From the NCBI GenBank assembly GCA_964402035.1, contig CAYOAM010000003.1, positions 7,921 to 71,920 of the forward strand: DNA of 64,000 bases, given 5' to 3'. The position numbers were made by a program, and so were the translations under genes. This document shows, piece by piece, positions 19,132 to 29,242 of this stretch; position 1 is the stretch's first letter, and each line of letters begins with the position of its first letter. Origin of the DNA: an uncultured Candidatus Saccharibacteria bacterium (lineage in GTDB: Bacteria; Patescibacteriota; Minisyncoccia; Phycocordibacterales; UBA918). The notes under the pieces were generated by a model. That model was not told where the DNA came from, searched no databases, and saw nothing but the letters and a program-made list of their open reading frames with translations.

Positions 19132-22100
19132 ATGCACTGGCTCTGGAATTTCTTTCTTGATAAGCGTCAATTTAGTGTGCTCTTTATCGTAGCGCTTATT
19201 GCTATCGGTACCTACGCTGCATTTGTGATTCCAAAAGAATCTGCACCAGAAGTCATTGTACCAATCGGCATTGTTGCAACGGTATTTCCCGGTACGTCTG
19301 CATCTGATATTGAGCAACTGATCACCAATAAACTGGAAAAAAAGATTGGCGACGTTGATAACATCGACACGCTTACGTCAGTATCGCGTGATGGTGTTTC
19401 TATTATAACCGCTGAGTTCGATGCTTCTGCAGATATTAATATTTCAATTCAGGAACTCAAAGACGCCGTTGACGCAGGAAAAGGCGAGCTACCACAAGAT
19501 GCGCAAGATCCTGTCGTCACAAAAGTAAATTTTTCAAATGACCCTATTTTAATCGTCGCCGTGTCTGCTGATCTTGCTCCAACTGAATTTACGCGTCTTG
19601 GTGAACAAGTTGCGACCGAACTTGAAGCTGTTGCCGGTGTCTCCCAAGTAACAATCTCGGGTACACAAAAAAGAGAAGTACAGATCGTGGTACGTCCCGA
19701 TGCACTTCGTGCATACAACCTCACCCTGGGTGATATTTCACAAGCCTTGCGCGGAGCGAACATTGAAGTTCCGGTCGGTATAGTAAAGAACGACGGTATT
19801 GAATATGCCATCCGTTTTGAAGGTAGTATTGAAAACCCAACAGCGATTGGTGATATTCCACTTGCAAGTAAGGGAGGTCAATCTATATTCATGCGCGATG
19901 TGGCCCTCGTCATAAATGGTGTCGAGCAAGCAACGACTCTTTCACGCGTTTCAGTAGACGGAGCACCTGCAGAAAATGCGATGACGCTTTCAATATTCAA
20001 AAGTGCCGGCAGTGACGTCACCGCCATGGCACCGGCTGTACGAGCCAAGATTGATGCACTGACGCAGCCCGATGCACTACTTGCAGATTCACAAGTACTT
20101 ATCGTCTTCGATCAGGGGGCAAACGTAAAGAAAGATCTTACGGACCTCACTACTACCGGTTTTGAAACGGTACTTCTGGTTGTTGCTTGCCTCCTACTCA
20201 CGATTGGCTGGCGTGAATCTTTGGTTGCAGCACTTTCAATCCCCCTTTCTTTTGTGATCGCATTCATTGGTCTCTACGCATCAGGGAACACGATCAATTT
20301 CGTCTCGCTTTTTGCGCTCATCCTTGCGATTGGAATTCTCGTTGACTCCGGTATTGTGGTCACCGAAGCGATTCATACACGCATGCGGACGTTGGGAGAT
20401 GCCGACAAAGCAGCACGTGAAGCAATCCGCGAATACGCATGGCCACTTATTGGCGGCACCATGACGACCGTTGCAGTATTTGCACCACTCTTTTTCTTGT
20501 CAGGTATTACGGGAGAATTTATCGCATCTATACCCTACACGATTATTTTTGTTCTCGTTGCATCCATTCTGGTTGCGCTCGGTATGGTGCCATTGATCGC
20601 GATTTACCTCACGAAGCACGGGCAATCAAATCGCTTGGAGGAGATGCAGGAAGTCTATACGCACAAAGCACAAGCGTGGTACCGAGAAAAGCTCATTGCA
20701 TTCCTACAGAATATTCGTGCGCAGCGCATCTTCTTATGGACACTTGCTCTTGCATTTTTTATGACGCTTACACTTCCGGTGCTTGGACTTGTTAATGTTG
20801 TTTTCTTCCCACCTGAAAACGTCGACAATGTGTATATCGAGGTAGAAACAAAACAAGGAACAACACTTGCTGAGACGGATCTATCGCTCCGTGCCGCAGA
20901 AGAAATCCTCTATGAGCTGCCATATGTTGAATCGTTTACATCGACAGCGGGTGCAGGTTCAGTCTTTACCCAGAGCGGAAATGCTGGCGGCAAGTTTGGA
21001 AACATCAGCGTCACACTCTCAGAGACGAGAGAACTTCGAAGTCAAGAAGTAGCAATACTACTTCGTGAAGAGCTGCGCAAGATAACGACCGCTGACTTTA
21101 AAATAACCGAGCAGTCCAATGGTCCTCCGAGTGGAGCGCCGATTGTACTCAAGTTTATTGGTGGCAATCTTGAAGACCTTGCACTCGCGGCAGACAATGC
21201 CGAGAGACTACTCGCTTCGATTCCTGGTACGCGCGATATTGAGGCAAGCACCAAAAATAGCGCAACCGAAATTGTGCTCTCGATCGATCATGCAAAAGCA
21301 AATGCGGCTGGTGTCTCACCCTTTGCTGTTGGCGAAACATTGCGTTCAGCGGTATTTGGTATCACCGCAACCACAATCACTGAGAATGGTGACGATGTTG
21401 ATATTGTCGTAAAGCTCGATGTTGGGCCAAAAACGGTGGATGCGGGAGCAAATCCTGAAATCACCCTTACGGATCTCAAAAATGTTTCTATAAACACAGG
21501 AAATGGCTCTGTTCTTGTTGGCTCAATCATCAATGAAGATCTAGCTTCAGCACGAGCAGCCATTGTTCACGAAGACGAAGAACGGCTGGAAACTGTGTCC
21601 GCGTTTACCACACCAGAGGTTACCACGCTTGAAGTAACGAATGCCTTTAAGGCACGCGAATCGGAACTTAAACTTCCCGCAAACGTGCGTATTTCATATG
21701 GCGGAGAAACTGAGGACATAAACCGATCGTTTACAGAAATGTTCGTCGCTTTGATTGCAGGACTCGTGCTCATGTTGACCATCCTCGTGCTCTCATTCAA
21801 CTCAATCCGTTATTCCTTGTACTTACTCTTGGCCGTACCCTACTCACTCATTGGCGTCTTTATTGGACTTGCGATTACGCGCCAACCACTTTCGTTTACT
21901 TCGCTTCTTGGTGTTATTGCACTTGCCGGCGTCATTATCAACCACGCCATCATTCTGATGGATTCGCTCATTGTGCGTCGCGACATGCGTGCGGATGACG
22001 ACCTTATGCTAATAGTAGCGGATGGTTCCGTCTCTCGTCTGCGACCAATCTTCCTTACGACCATCACCACAATCGTTGGTATGGTACCACTCTCTACCAT

Positions 22101-22257
22101 TTCAGATTTCTGGAGCCCGCTTGCCTACACCATCATGTTCGGACTGGCCTTTGCGATGATTCTCACCTTGCTCCTTGTACCTACACTCTTCTATAGACAT
22201 GAGAAAAAAGTTCGCCAGAAAGCAACAAAAGCGATAACAGCATCGGGCAAGGCTTAA
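19132..22257 (+). CDS. RND permease (AcrB/AcrD/AcrF family)
   Basis: 1041 aa; PKESAPEV, LAIGILVDSGIVV, RLRPIFLTTITTIVGMVPL. Confidence 0.95.
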   Translation: MHWLWNFFLDKRQFSVLFIVALIAIGTYAAFVIPKESAPEVIVPIGIVATVFPGTSASDIEQLITNKLEKKIGDVDNIDTLTSVSRDGVSIITAEFDASADINISIQELKDAVDAGKGELPQDAQDPVVTKVNFSNDPILIVAVSADLAPTEFTRLGEQVATELEAVAGVSQVTISGTQKREVQIVVRPDALRAYNLTLGDISQALRGANIEVPVGIVKNDGIEYAIRFEGSIENPTAIGDIPLASKGGQSIFMRDVALVINGVEQATTLSRVSVDGAPAENAMTLSIFKSAGSDVTAMAPAVRAKIDALTQPDALLADSQVLIVFDQGANVKKDLTDLTTTGFETVLLVVACLLLTIGWRESLVAALSIPLSFVIAFIGLYASGNTINFVSLFALILAIGILVDSGIVVTEAIHTRMRTLGDADKAAREAIREYAWPLIGGTMTTVAVFAPLFFLSGITGEFIASIPYTIIFVLVASILVALGMVPLIAIYLTKHGQSNRLEEMQEVYTHKAQAWYREKLIAFLQNIRAQRIFLWTLALAFFMTLTLPVLGLVNVVFFPPENVDNVYIEVETKQGTTLAETDLSLRAAEEILYELPYVESFTSTAGAGSVFTQSGNAGGKFGNISVTLSETRELRSQEVAILLREELRKITTADFKITEQSNGPPSGAPIVLKFIGGNLEDLALAADNAERLLASIPGTRDIEASTKNSATEIVLSIDHAKANAAGVSPFAVGETLRSAVFGITATTITENGDDVDIVVKLDVGPKTVDAGANPEITLTDLKNVSINTGNGSVLVGSIINEDLASARAAIVHEDEERLETVSAFTTPEVTTLEVTNAFKARESELKLPANVRISYGGETEDINRSFTEMFVALIAGLVLMLTILVLSFNSIRYSLYLLLAVPYSLIGVFIGLAITRQPLSFTSLLGVIALAGVIINHAIILMDSLIVRRDMRADDDLMLIVADGSVSRLRPIFLTTITTIVGMVPLSTISDFWSPLAYTIMFGLAFAMILTLLLVPTLFYRHEKKVRQKATKAITASGKA

Positions 22258-22457
22258 ATCAATCCCTCAAGACCTACACTATATGAACTCAGGAACGCAG
22301 GGATTGCAAACACTAATCCAATGAGTGGCAACACAACCACAATGACCGTGATCCAAAGCACTGCGAGAAAATATTTCCGACTCTTCTCTACTGATTGCCA
22401 AATAGCATCCAACTTTTGATCCTGCTCCTTTAAACGTTGATCTAATTCAGTATCCAT
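22254..22457 (-). CDS. Small membrane protein (67 aa)
   Basis: MDTELDQRLKEQDQKLDAIWQSVEKSRKYF followed by a TM; TATACT 7 nt before ATG. Confidence 0.7.
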   Translation of the reverse strand: MDTELDQRLKEQDQKLDAIWQSVEKSRKYFLAVLWITVIVVVLPLIGLVFAIPAFLSSYSVGLEGLI

Positions 22458-22538
22458 ATACCAAAGTATAGCAACTTTGTGCCTATGGAACTCAGTACGC
22501 TGTCCACCCACCACGCTGATGATTTCACCAGCCGCTAC

Positions 22539-22566
22539 TTGACAAAATACGGTACCTATGTATAAT
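22539..22566 (+). promoter_or_regulatory. sigma70-type promoter TTGACA-N16-TATAAT
   Basis: Consensus hexamers upstream of 22615. Confidence 0.75.
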
Positions 22567-22614
22567 GCGGCATCAGCATTTTTTGGACAAAGCGCTATTT
22601 TCGGAGATATATCT

Positions 22615-23025
22615 ATGACACCCATACACTACATTTGTTCGCTTGTACTCCTAAGCATGCTCTATACAATGCCTGCCTTTGCAATATCGACACCCGAGAC
22701 ATTTTTTCTTGAAACAACAACTGCCCCGTCTGCAGTTTCAACACGCTTTGATAACACAAACTGGTTCACCTCTCTGCATCCAAAAGTAGCCACTTTTACC
22801 ATCTTCCCTGATGGTAGCGCAGAAGGTATGACGGTTAATGGCATCATATTCACGCAATACAACGTACCCAATAGTGCAGGGATTCGAGTGCAACGTTTTG
22901 AAATACAAGATCACTATCACTATATTGTTGAAGGAGATATCGTCGATAGTTTCGAAGAGTTCTCTGCAAGACTCGCTCTTGCATACCACGCACAAAAAGA
23001 AATGTCCGCAAAAACCAATACGTAG
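22615..23025 (+). CDS. Secreted hypothetical protein
   Basis: Signal peptide ending PAFA; consensus promoter and GGAG upstream. Confidence 0.65.
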   Translation: MTPIHYICSLVLLSMLYTMPAFAISTPETFFLETTTAPSAVSTRFDNTNWFTSLHPKVATFTIFPDGSAEGMTVNGIIFTQYNVPNSAGIRVQRFEIQDHYHYIVEGDIVDSFEEFSARLALAYHAQKEMSAKTNT

Positions 23026-23038
23026 TATACTCAGATAT

Positions 23039-23461
23039 ATGGAACAGTACGAAGAAAAGACCCCCTATATCCCCCACTATTACGGAAACACCATCCGGCT
23101 ATTATTTTTAGGGTCGGCGTTGATATTACTGTTATCGGCGATGGTTGATAAAGAGCTTTTTGCTTTTTACCTTTTTATTGGGATATTTGTGGTCTTGGGT
23201 ATTGTTATATTGGCTGGCCTCACCAGTCCCAATACACGATTTTCAATAATTTCTGATACCGGTATTTCCGCAGTCTTATTTATATTTTTTGAATATTCAG
23301 CACTTATGACGAGCCCTGCAGTTAACGGTGGCGCATTTGATGCCGTGTTCCTGCTCCGCCAATTACTCGCTCTCATTTTTCTGCTTGCTCTCTATTTTAG
23401 TGTCAAAACCTGGCGCGGCATGAGCATAGAGAAACCCAAGGACGACACGCGACAGCTATAA
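23039..23461 (+). CDS. 4-TM hypothetical membrane protein
   Basis: PHYYGNTIRLLF followed by four hydrophobic segments; TATACT 7 nt before ATG. Confidence 0.7.
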   Translation: MEQYEEKTPYIPHYYGNTIRLLFLGSALILLLSAMVDKELFAFYLFIGIFVVLGIVILAGLTSPNTRFSIISDTGISAVLFIFFEYSALMTSPAVNGGAFDAVFLLRQLLALIFLLALYFSVKTWRGMSIEKPKDDTRQL

Positions 23462-23491
23462 GAAAACCGCATCCCTCGATGCGGTTTTCTT
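23460..23491. terminator. Bidirectional intrinsic terminator
   Basis: AAGAAAACCGCATC-cctc-GATGCGGTTTTCTT between convergent genes. Confidence 0.85.
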
Positions 23492-23501
23492 ATTACTATC
23501 A

Positions 23502-25244
23502 TTATTTGTTTACGACATCTGAAATATCAGCAATCTCTTTCATGAGACCTGTCTCAATCTGTGCAACACTTTCTTTAAGTCTTTTCAACAATTTGACTTC
23601 TTCGCGGGTTAACTTTCTTTTGGCGCTCGTCTTTTCTAGCATCTTGATATCGTCTTCAATATCAGATTGCATAAAGGCAAACGATTTTCGTACCAACGCT
23701 TGTGCCTCTGACACTTCTCCACGAATACGTTTTTTAAGATGCACACTACTTCTCCATCCATATACAAGTAGTAGCACAAGCATAAGAAGGAGTGCAAGGA
23801 GTGGTATCACAATCGAGAGTATGGTGATCATCATTGAATCGGTTCGCATGAGTACAGGCGCTACGACCGTAACATGTTTTGTTGCGCTCGGTAGACTCAT
23901 CGCACCACGAGCATCCTGTACGAAGACTGTGTATGAAAAGACACCAACATCGAGCTTTTGTTCAAGAGTAAAATATCCATCAACACCACTTTGACCTGAA
24001 AGGGGAATTGTGTCTCCTTTCTCCGACACCATATTCATCGTAACGGTACTATTTGGATATGTGGTACCTGAAACACGAAAGCGTTCACCTGCAACAATGG
24101 TTTCCGGAACGTCCGTTAGTACCGGTGTATCAATCGGATCAACAGTAAATTCAGCAGCAGCGGTACGATAGTTTCCTGTACGGTCGTACACTTTTGCAAT
24201 CACAATATGCTTCCCAAGAGGGACTACCGGTGTTCGATACTGCGTTTCGTCAGCACCATCAATCGTAACAACGTCTCCGGTATCAATTTGAAGTTCATAT
24301 GATGCAATACCTGAACCACCATCTGTGGCACTCAGTATAAAACCAGCCGTAGGATCAGTATGATCCTCTCGCGTAATAGGACTCAAATCAAAGCTCTCTG
24401 GCTTTCTCGTATCGATATGGAGTGGAAAATGGCTGACTGCACCCCACCCTTCACTGTTTCGCGCTTGCACATGAAAATATGAAATGCCGTCAGTAAGGTC
24501 AGTAATCTCTCGCTCCACAATGGGATTCTGGTAGACCACCGTTGGTATGCTTTCCGCTTTTGCATCAACGAGCGTACGAACACTGGTAACATCATTTTCT
24601 AGAGTCCACGCTAAGCGTGCGGTCGTATCTCGATACCAGGCTTTTGTATCTCCATGCGTTGTCGAGGTCACTTTTGGAGCAGCGGGAGTACCTGCATTAC
24701 TCGGTTCATTGGGAGCAATCTCCTCCTCTACCGCTTTCTCAATAAGCACAAACTGTGCCGTGCCTTTTTTTGAAAGTATGTCGGTACCCTCTCCGTCATT
24801 TGCAAGAGCAGCGGCATCTACAAAACTGAGTGAAGCGCTCCCTGCTTTTTTTACACGAAAATTAATCGTTACAATTTTCCCACTAGCACCGGTAAAACCG
24901 GGATTCAGTACTACTCCTTCAAACGACACCGTACCTGCAGTATTTACAAATACCGGCTCTTCTACCCACAATGAAATAATAGATTGGTTTTTTGAAATCG
25001 AGGTAACTTCCAATGTATCGGGTGGAAACGATACGACTCCTGAAAGCGCATTCACGGCACGATCGCTACTTGCTACATATACTGACACTGCAATGGGATC
25101 TCCAACAGTATACGTACCAGACGCTGGGACAAGTGAAAGATTCGCCGCTGATACAGATAGAGGCGCACAAAAGCAGAGAGCTACGATAATCAGACGGCTG
25201 ATCGACGTCGCCTTCGCAACATAAAAAGACAAAAGATCGCGCAC
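23502..25244 (-). CDS. Cohesin-domain protein with Ig-like repeats, C-terminal TM and cytoplasmic coiled coil
   Basis: Signal peptide; cohesin-like N-domain (VGDPIAVSV..VNALSGVVSFP..GKIVTINF); Ig-like domains (D..SGIASY, VSGTTYPNSTV); TM. Confidence 0.75.
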   Translation of the reverse strand: MRDLLSFYVAKATSISRLIIVALCFCAPLSVSAANLSLVPASGTYTVGDPIAVSVYVASSDRAVNALSGVVSFPPDTLEVTSISKNQSIISLWVEEPVFVNTAGTVSFEGVVLNPGFTGASGKIVTINFRVKKAGSASLSFVDAAALANDGEGTDILSKKGTAQFVLIEKAVEEEIAPNEPSNAGTPAAPKVTSTTHGDTKAWYRDTTARLAWTLENDVTSVRTLVDAKAESIPTVVYQNPIVEREITDLTDGISYFHVQARNSEGWGAVSHFPLHIDTRKPESFDLSPITREDHTDPTAGFILSATDGGSGIASYELQIDTGDVVTIDGADETQYRTPVVPLGKHIVIAKVYDRTGNYRTAAAEFTVDPIDTPVLTDVPETIVAGERFRVSGTTYPNSTVTMNMVSEKGDTIPLSGQSGVDGYFTLEQKLDVGVFSYTVFVQDARGAMSLPSATKHVTVVAPVLMRTDSMMITILSIVIPLLALLLMLVLLLVYGWRSSVHLKKRIRGEVSEAQALVRKSFAFMQSDIEDDIKMLEKTSAKRKLTREEVKLLKRLKESVAQIETGLMKEIADISDVVNK

Positions 25245-26056
25245 ACTATTAGTATACCGACAATTGTGTATTTCGTGATCTCAAATGTCTGTGGATGCAG
25301 TGGATAGACAATAGCGTTTCGCGTGTTACCCACTCGATCAATAGCACGCACATAAATCGTAGAACTAAGTTTTTGATTCTTCAATACATAAGGGCTTTCT
25401 GCCTCTCGCCACCAGCCAAAAACACCCTCCTTTACTTCGTAGTGATCAATACCTGAGCTTTTATCCTCTGTTGAAAAGACGAGAAAGTATGCCCCGTCAA
25501 ATACATCAGCGTCGCGCACTACTTCAGGTCGAAATGCTTCCGGGTCTTCATCGTCCATGACGACACCAGCTGCTGTGTGTGATGGTATACCTGCTCCAAT
25601 TACAATCGGACTTATCACCGGTGAAAAAGGAATCAGGGTTCCTAGACCATCGTTCTTGAGCAATTGCACCGCATCGAGTGTCACTGCTCCTTTACCCAAC
25701 GACTGCGCCTTAAAATAGAGTGTGACGACATCAACCTTCCCCATGAAACCACCGGGCGTAATACCAGAAAAATGTATACCTGCGGCGGTTGCTTCAGGTT
25801 TTGATACCCAAAAATTTAGTACGGACGCACTATCATCAAACCCTTCATACTGCAGCAAGGTTGCTGGATAGGTCATCACAGCCTCAAAAGCGTTTGCAGA
25901 AACATCCGTATCTATACTCAGCGTAACGGCAATGGTTTCTCCTACTGCCCCCTCCATAGGCAGAACAGTTATTTCGCTCGTTGCCGCAAACGATGGCTCA
26001 TATACAGCAAACCCGCCAATCACCAACATCGCAACATATGTGTAAAGTAAATACAT
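25190..26056 (-). CDS. Second cohesin-domain protein with C-terminal TM
   Basis: VGETIAVTLSID..ANAFEAVMTYP..VVTLYFKA..NDGLGT; DKSSGIDHYEV Ig-like domain; TM plus RRRRR stop-transfer. Confidence 0.72.
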   Translation of the reverse strand: MYLLYTYVAMLVIGGFAVYEPSFAATSEITVLPMEGAVGETIAVTLSIDTDVSANAFEAVMTYPATLLQYEGFDDSASVLNFWVSKPEATAAGIHFSGITPGGFMGKVDVVTLYFKAQSLGKGAVTLDAVQLLKNDGLGTLIPFSPVISPIVIGAGIPSHTAAGVVMDDEDPEAFRPEVVRDADVFDGAYFLVFSTEDKSSGIDHYEVKEGVFGWWREAESPYVLKNQKLSSTIYVRAIDRVGNTRNAIVYPLHPQTFEITKYTIVGILIVCAIFCLFMLRRRRRSAV

Positions 26057-26060
26057 ACAG

Positions 26061-27092
26061 CTATCCAGTCCAATAAAAGGCCATGATACTAAAGTCGATA
26101 ATATTTATGACACCATCACCATTGAGTTGTGCAGCCTCTCGAACGGAAAACGACTCACTAAGAGTACGCCGATACCAAAATGCAGCAATTGAAAAGTCGA
26201 TCAAGTTTACCGTGCAATCACCGTTTAGGTCTGCTTTCTTGACGCAGGCATTTGTGCCCACAGTCGCAACATTTTTAGACCCAACCTTAAAGGGTACCTC
26301 AATACTAAACGGGCTTATCTCACTACTGGTCGCCGAACGTGATTTTGTATGGTGATCCCCGAGCACCAACACTGCAGTATCAAAATTGTGCAGATAGGTA
26401 CCACGTACATCTGCAGGAGTCTGCACAAAAAACTGTTGCGGAGATTGTACTTCGAGTGTCACGGTCGAAGCTGGTACACTTTGTCCAAAAAAAGTGATGG
26501 GGTCACCACGACGCACTTCGCTTTTATCAGCGGAAAGTGTCGGCGCTATAAAAACTCCATCGATTTTTGTGAGTACATTGCGCGTGAGTGTAACATCATA
26601 CGGTAACGTTGCCGATCGTTGGTGATGTATGTCTTCGCTAAATAGTACAAAATGGTAACTACCTGACGAAAGTCCACTGATGGTTACCTGAAAATTTGCG
26701 AGTGAACTCGCCACGGTTTTTGCTACCCGTTGTCCATCTTTGAGGATCGTAATCGTGCTACCGGGGTAGGCTCTTCCTTCAAACACTATCGTGGCATTTC
26801 CATTTCCCCCGCTCGACCCGCCGCCACCTCCTCCACCGCCACCTCCTCCTGCTACGCAACTACTGGTATCAAGTTCGCACGCAGCTGTACAAGATAGCGA
26901 CCCCGAAGAAAATCCTTGAGATACACACGTCTTGCCGTCAAAATCCGAACCATCGCATGCTTCACCGACCTCAGCTATTCCATCACCACATCCTGGAACA
27001 ATAGCGACTATATCTACATCTTCCCCGTGGAGGGATATGGGTGCAATTAAGAAACATACTACAGAGAAACTGAGTAGAAAAAGATGACGCAT
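26061..27092 (-). CDS. Secreted protein: Cys-rich CGDG repeat, Gly linker, Ig-like domains, C-terminal dockerin
   Basis: CGDG..E.CD Cys-rich motif; duplicated Ca-loop DLNGDCTVNLIDFS / LNGDGVINIIDFS. Confidence 0.8.
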   Translation of the reverse strand: MRHLFLLSFSVVCFLIAPISLHGEDVDIVAIVPGCGDGIAEVGEACDGSDFDGKTCVSQGFSSGSLSCTAACELDTSSCVAGGGGGGGGGGGSSGGNGNATIVFEGRAYPGSTITILKDGQRVAKTVASSLANFQVTISGLSSGSYHFVLFSEDIHHQRSATLPYDVTLTRNVLTKIDGVFIAPTLSADKSEVRRGDPITFFGQSVPASTVTLEVQSPQQFFVQTPADVRGTYLHNFDTAVLVLGDHHTKSRSATSSEISPFSIEVPFKVGSKNVATVGTNACVKKADLNGDCTVNLIDFSIAAFWYRRTLSESFSVREAAQLNGDGVINIIDFSIMAFYWTG

Positions 27093-27102
27093 GAATACAA
27101 CG

Positions 27103-28053
27103 CTAGCGCGAAGCAACACTTCGCGCAATAATCCATTGATTATACTTACGAAGACTGAACCGACCTGCACCCAGCAACAAGATCACAATACTGAGTAATT
27201 GCCAAGGAATGATAAAGAAATGATAGCTATTTTGATTTTTGGTATCAGTAGTCCCCCACGACAAATCAAGCACGGCCGTGTACCAACCAAAATGAAAATC
27301 ACTCAATTGTCGCTTGGCTATAGCAAAAAAACCTTCAGCTTTTGGTTCCAATATTTTCCACGTTGATTCAAAGCGTCGAGCACTATTGGGCAAAACACTC
27401 CCTTCGCTCTCATTTGCTGAAAATGTAGTAACGGTACTTCTAAAACTATTTTTTACACCCACTGTTCCTCGCGGCACAATACGATCACCACCGGTGTTGT
27501 TTATGCGATACGAAAATGCAATAGGTAGCTGAGAAAAAAACCTGCCTCCCGGAGCATTAAACTCAAGAACACCACCCCCTTCTTCGATGTCTCCCGCAAC
27601 GCGCAAAAAGACCAAGACGCCAAGCCTTCCACCAATAGAAACTTCACCACCCTCTTGCGTTTTTGGATCTTGTCCACCAAAAAATACAGCAGCAAAATAA
27701 CCGCCCGGTTCAGTTTCTTTTGGTATCGTTATCGAAAGAGGAATCTTAATGCGCTCAAGTGGAGCAAGCGAGACACGACCTCCTGCTTGCATCCAGGTTG
27801 CGAGGCCGTCCTTCGCTCCGACAAAATACGGAGATCCAGTATCGCCGCTCGGTTCAAAATTTTCGTACGAGGGGTAAAATTCTTTTGGCTCGTTTTGTTC
27901 ATTGAGGAGTTCAATGTCAGTGTAGAGTGTCTGTCCTGGGTTCCCAGTTATTTCGATCTTTACGGGAGACAGTGTAAGCGCCTCGACGTGTGGCGCGTGT
28001 AAAATCACCGCACACACCACAAGACCAAAAAATATTCTAAAATTGTATTTCAT
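27103..28053 (-). CDS. DUF916/WxL-interacting-protein-like two-domain protein with C-terminal TM
   Basis: LTLSPVKIE, ITIPKETEPGGYFAAVFF, NTGGDRIVPRG, VLPNSARRF, FFIIPW followed by TM. Confidence 0.65.
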   Translation of the reverse strand: MKYNFRIFFGLVVCAVILHAPHVEALTLSPVKIEITGNPGQTLYTDIELLNEQNEPKEFYPSYENFEPSGDTGSPYFVGAKDGLATWMQAGGRVSLAPLERIKIPLSITIPKETEPGGYFAAVFFGGQDPKTQEGGEVSIGGRLGVLVFLRVAGDIEEGGGVLEFNAPGGRFFSQLPIAFSYRINNTGGDRIVPRGTVGVKNSFRSTVTTFSANESEGSVLPNSARRFESTWKILEPKAEGFFAIAKRQLSDFHFGWYTAVLDLSWGTTDTKNQNSYHFFIIPWQLLSIVILLLGAGRFSLRKYNQWIIARSVASR

Positions 28054-28098
28054 GGAGTTTTCTCCATACTATAAGTATCGAGCAGAGAATGCAACCGA

Positions 28099-29172
28099 CT
28101 AATAATTGGCCGTTGCCGTGTATGTGAGGGTCGCGCTATAACTTCCTGCCTCTGTGTTTGAGCCAATGTTCGCAAGGTAGCGAGCTGAATAGGTAGTATT
28201 TGCGGTCGCTACCGTTGATGTAGCTACCGTATCAGGAAAAGCGCCAGAATCAAATGCAAAGCCCGAGGCCGCATACGGCGCATTGACCGCACCATTACCA
28301 CCTGCCGCTGTCAAACGCAGTCCGAACTGCTCAGTACCAACAGATGAGGCTGAGTTTGAGGCGCCAATTGCAGTAATCGTGTTCCCACCAGAGGTTAGGG
28401 TATTTCCGTTCAACGTGAGCGAATATCCATTACTTGCATTTGTGCCAACAATCAAATTGTGTGCCTCGACTTCTGATGTGTCACCCGACGCCGTACCCGA
28501 TGCGTATCGTGCAGCGCCAGAGGTCAATGTACCAAAACTGATGCTATTGTCTGAAATACTGAAGGTAATGGACTGAGCGACGGTAGCCGAAATAGCCACC
28601 TGGTCATCGTTCACAATACTGACGGTGATATCTCCAGAGTCAAAACCGTTACCACTTATGGCGATTCCGTATGACGTTGCCACGCTTGGATTGGTCGAAC
28701 TGGCGGCAGTAAAAGAGAAGATCAGTACATCATTGGGGTCGACAGCAGCTGCACCAATTCCATCGGTAGGTGCTGTGAAAGTCCACACACGGCCCTGTGT
28801 TCCTGTTGTAGCTACAGCCCAGCGTGATCCATCAGCAACACCATGCAACGTTTCTGTCGTCTCAAGACCAGTGGAAGGGCCATGGGTAAATGTCACCGAT
28901 GTAGTCGCCTTTCCCGTAAAGTTAAAATCCGATGGGAACGTAATAACAATGGTGTCGGTATTGTCGCTCGCACCTGTTGGGCTCGTGAATTTGATCGAGT
29001 GAGTCGATGTTGCAGGGCTAATCTTGGACGAGGACATTGTATCCGATGCGCTCGTTATTGATGCGGCATGAACGGTGACTCGTGGAAATACCCACGCTAC
29101 GAGCATAGCAATCACCAAGAGAGCACTCAAAGCAGCCCGACGAGAAAAAATATGGGTTACATTCATATGCAT
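28099..29172 (-). CDS. Secreted Ser/Thr/Gly-rich protein with C-terminal WxL/pilin-like domain
   Basis: Signal peptide; DDQVAISATVAQSITFSIS; terminal AGSYSATLTYTATANY. Confidence 0.65.
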   Translation of the reverse strand: MHMNVTHIFSRRAALSALLVIAMLVAWVFPRVTVHAASITSASDTMSSSKISPATSTHSIKFTSPTGASDNTDTIVITFPSDFNFTGKATTSVTFTHGPSTGLETTETLHGVADGSRWAVATTGTQGRVWTFTAPTDGIGAAAVDPNDVLIFSFTAASSTNPSVATSYGIAISGNGFDSGDITVSIVNDDQVAISATVAQSITFSISDNSISFGTLTSGAARYASGTASGDTSEVEAHNLIVGTNASNGYSLTLNGNTLTSGGNTITAIGASNSASSVGTEQFGLRLTAAGGNGAVNAPYAASGFAFDSGAFPDTVATSTVATANTTYSARYLANIGSNTEAGSYSATLTYTATANY

Positions 29173-29242
29173 AATATTATACGTATGATTATATGCTACT
29201 TACGCGATAAATTATGACAGCACGTTGGGATAACTGTTAATA

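Noticed and set aside
17590-22257. RND pump lacking a TolC partner as a novelty
   Set aside because: Expected in organisms without an outer membrane; an outer-membrane factor could also be encoded elsewhere
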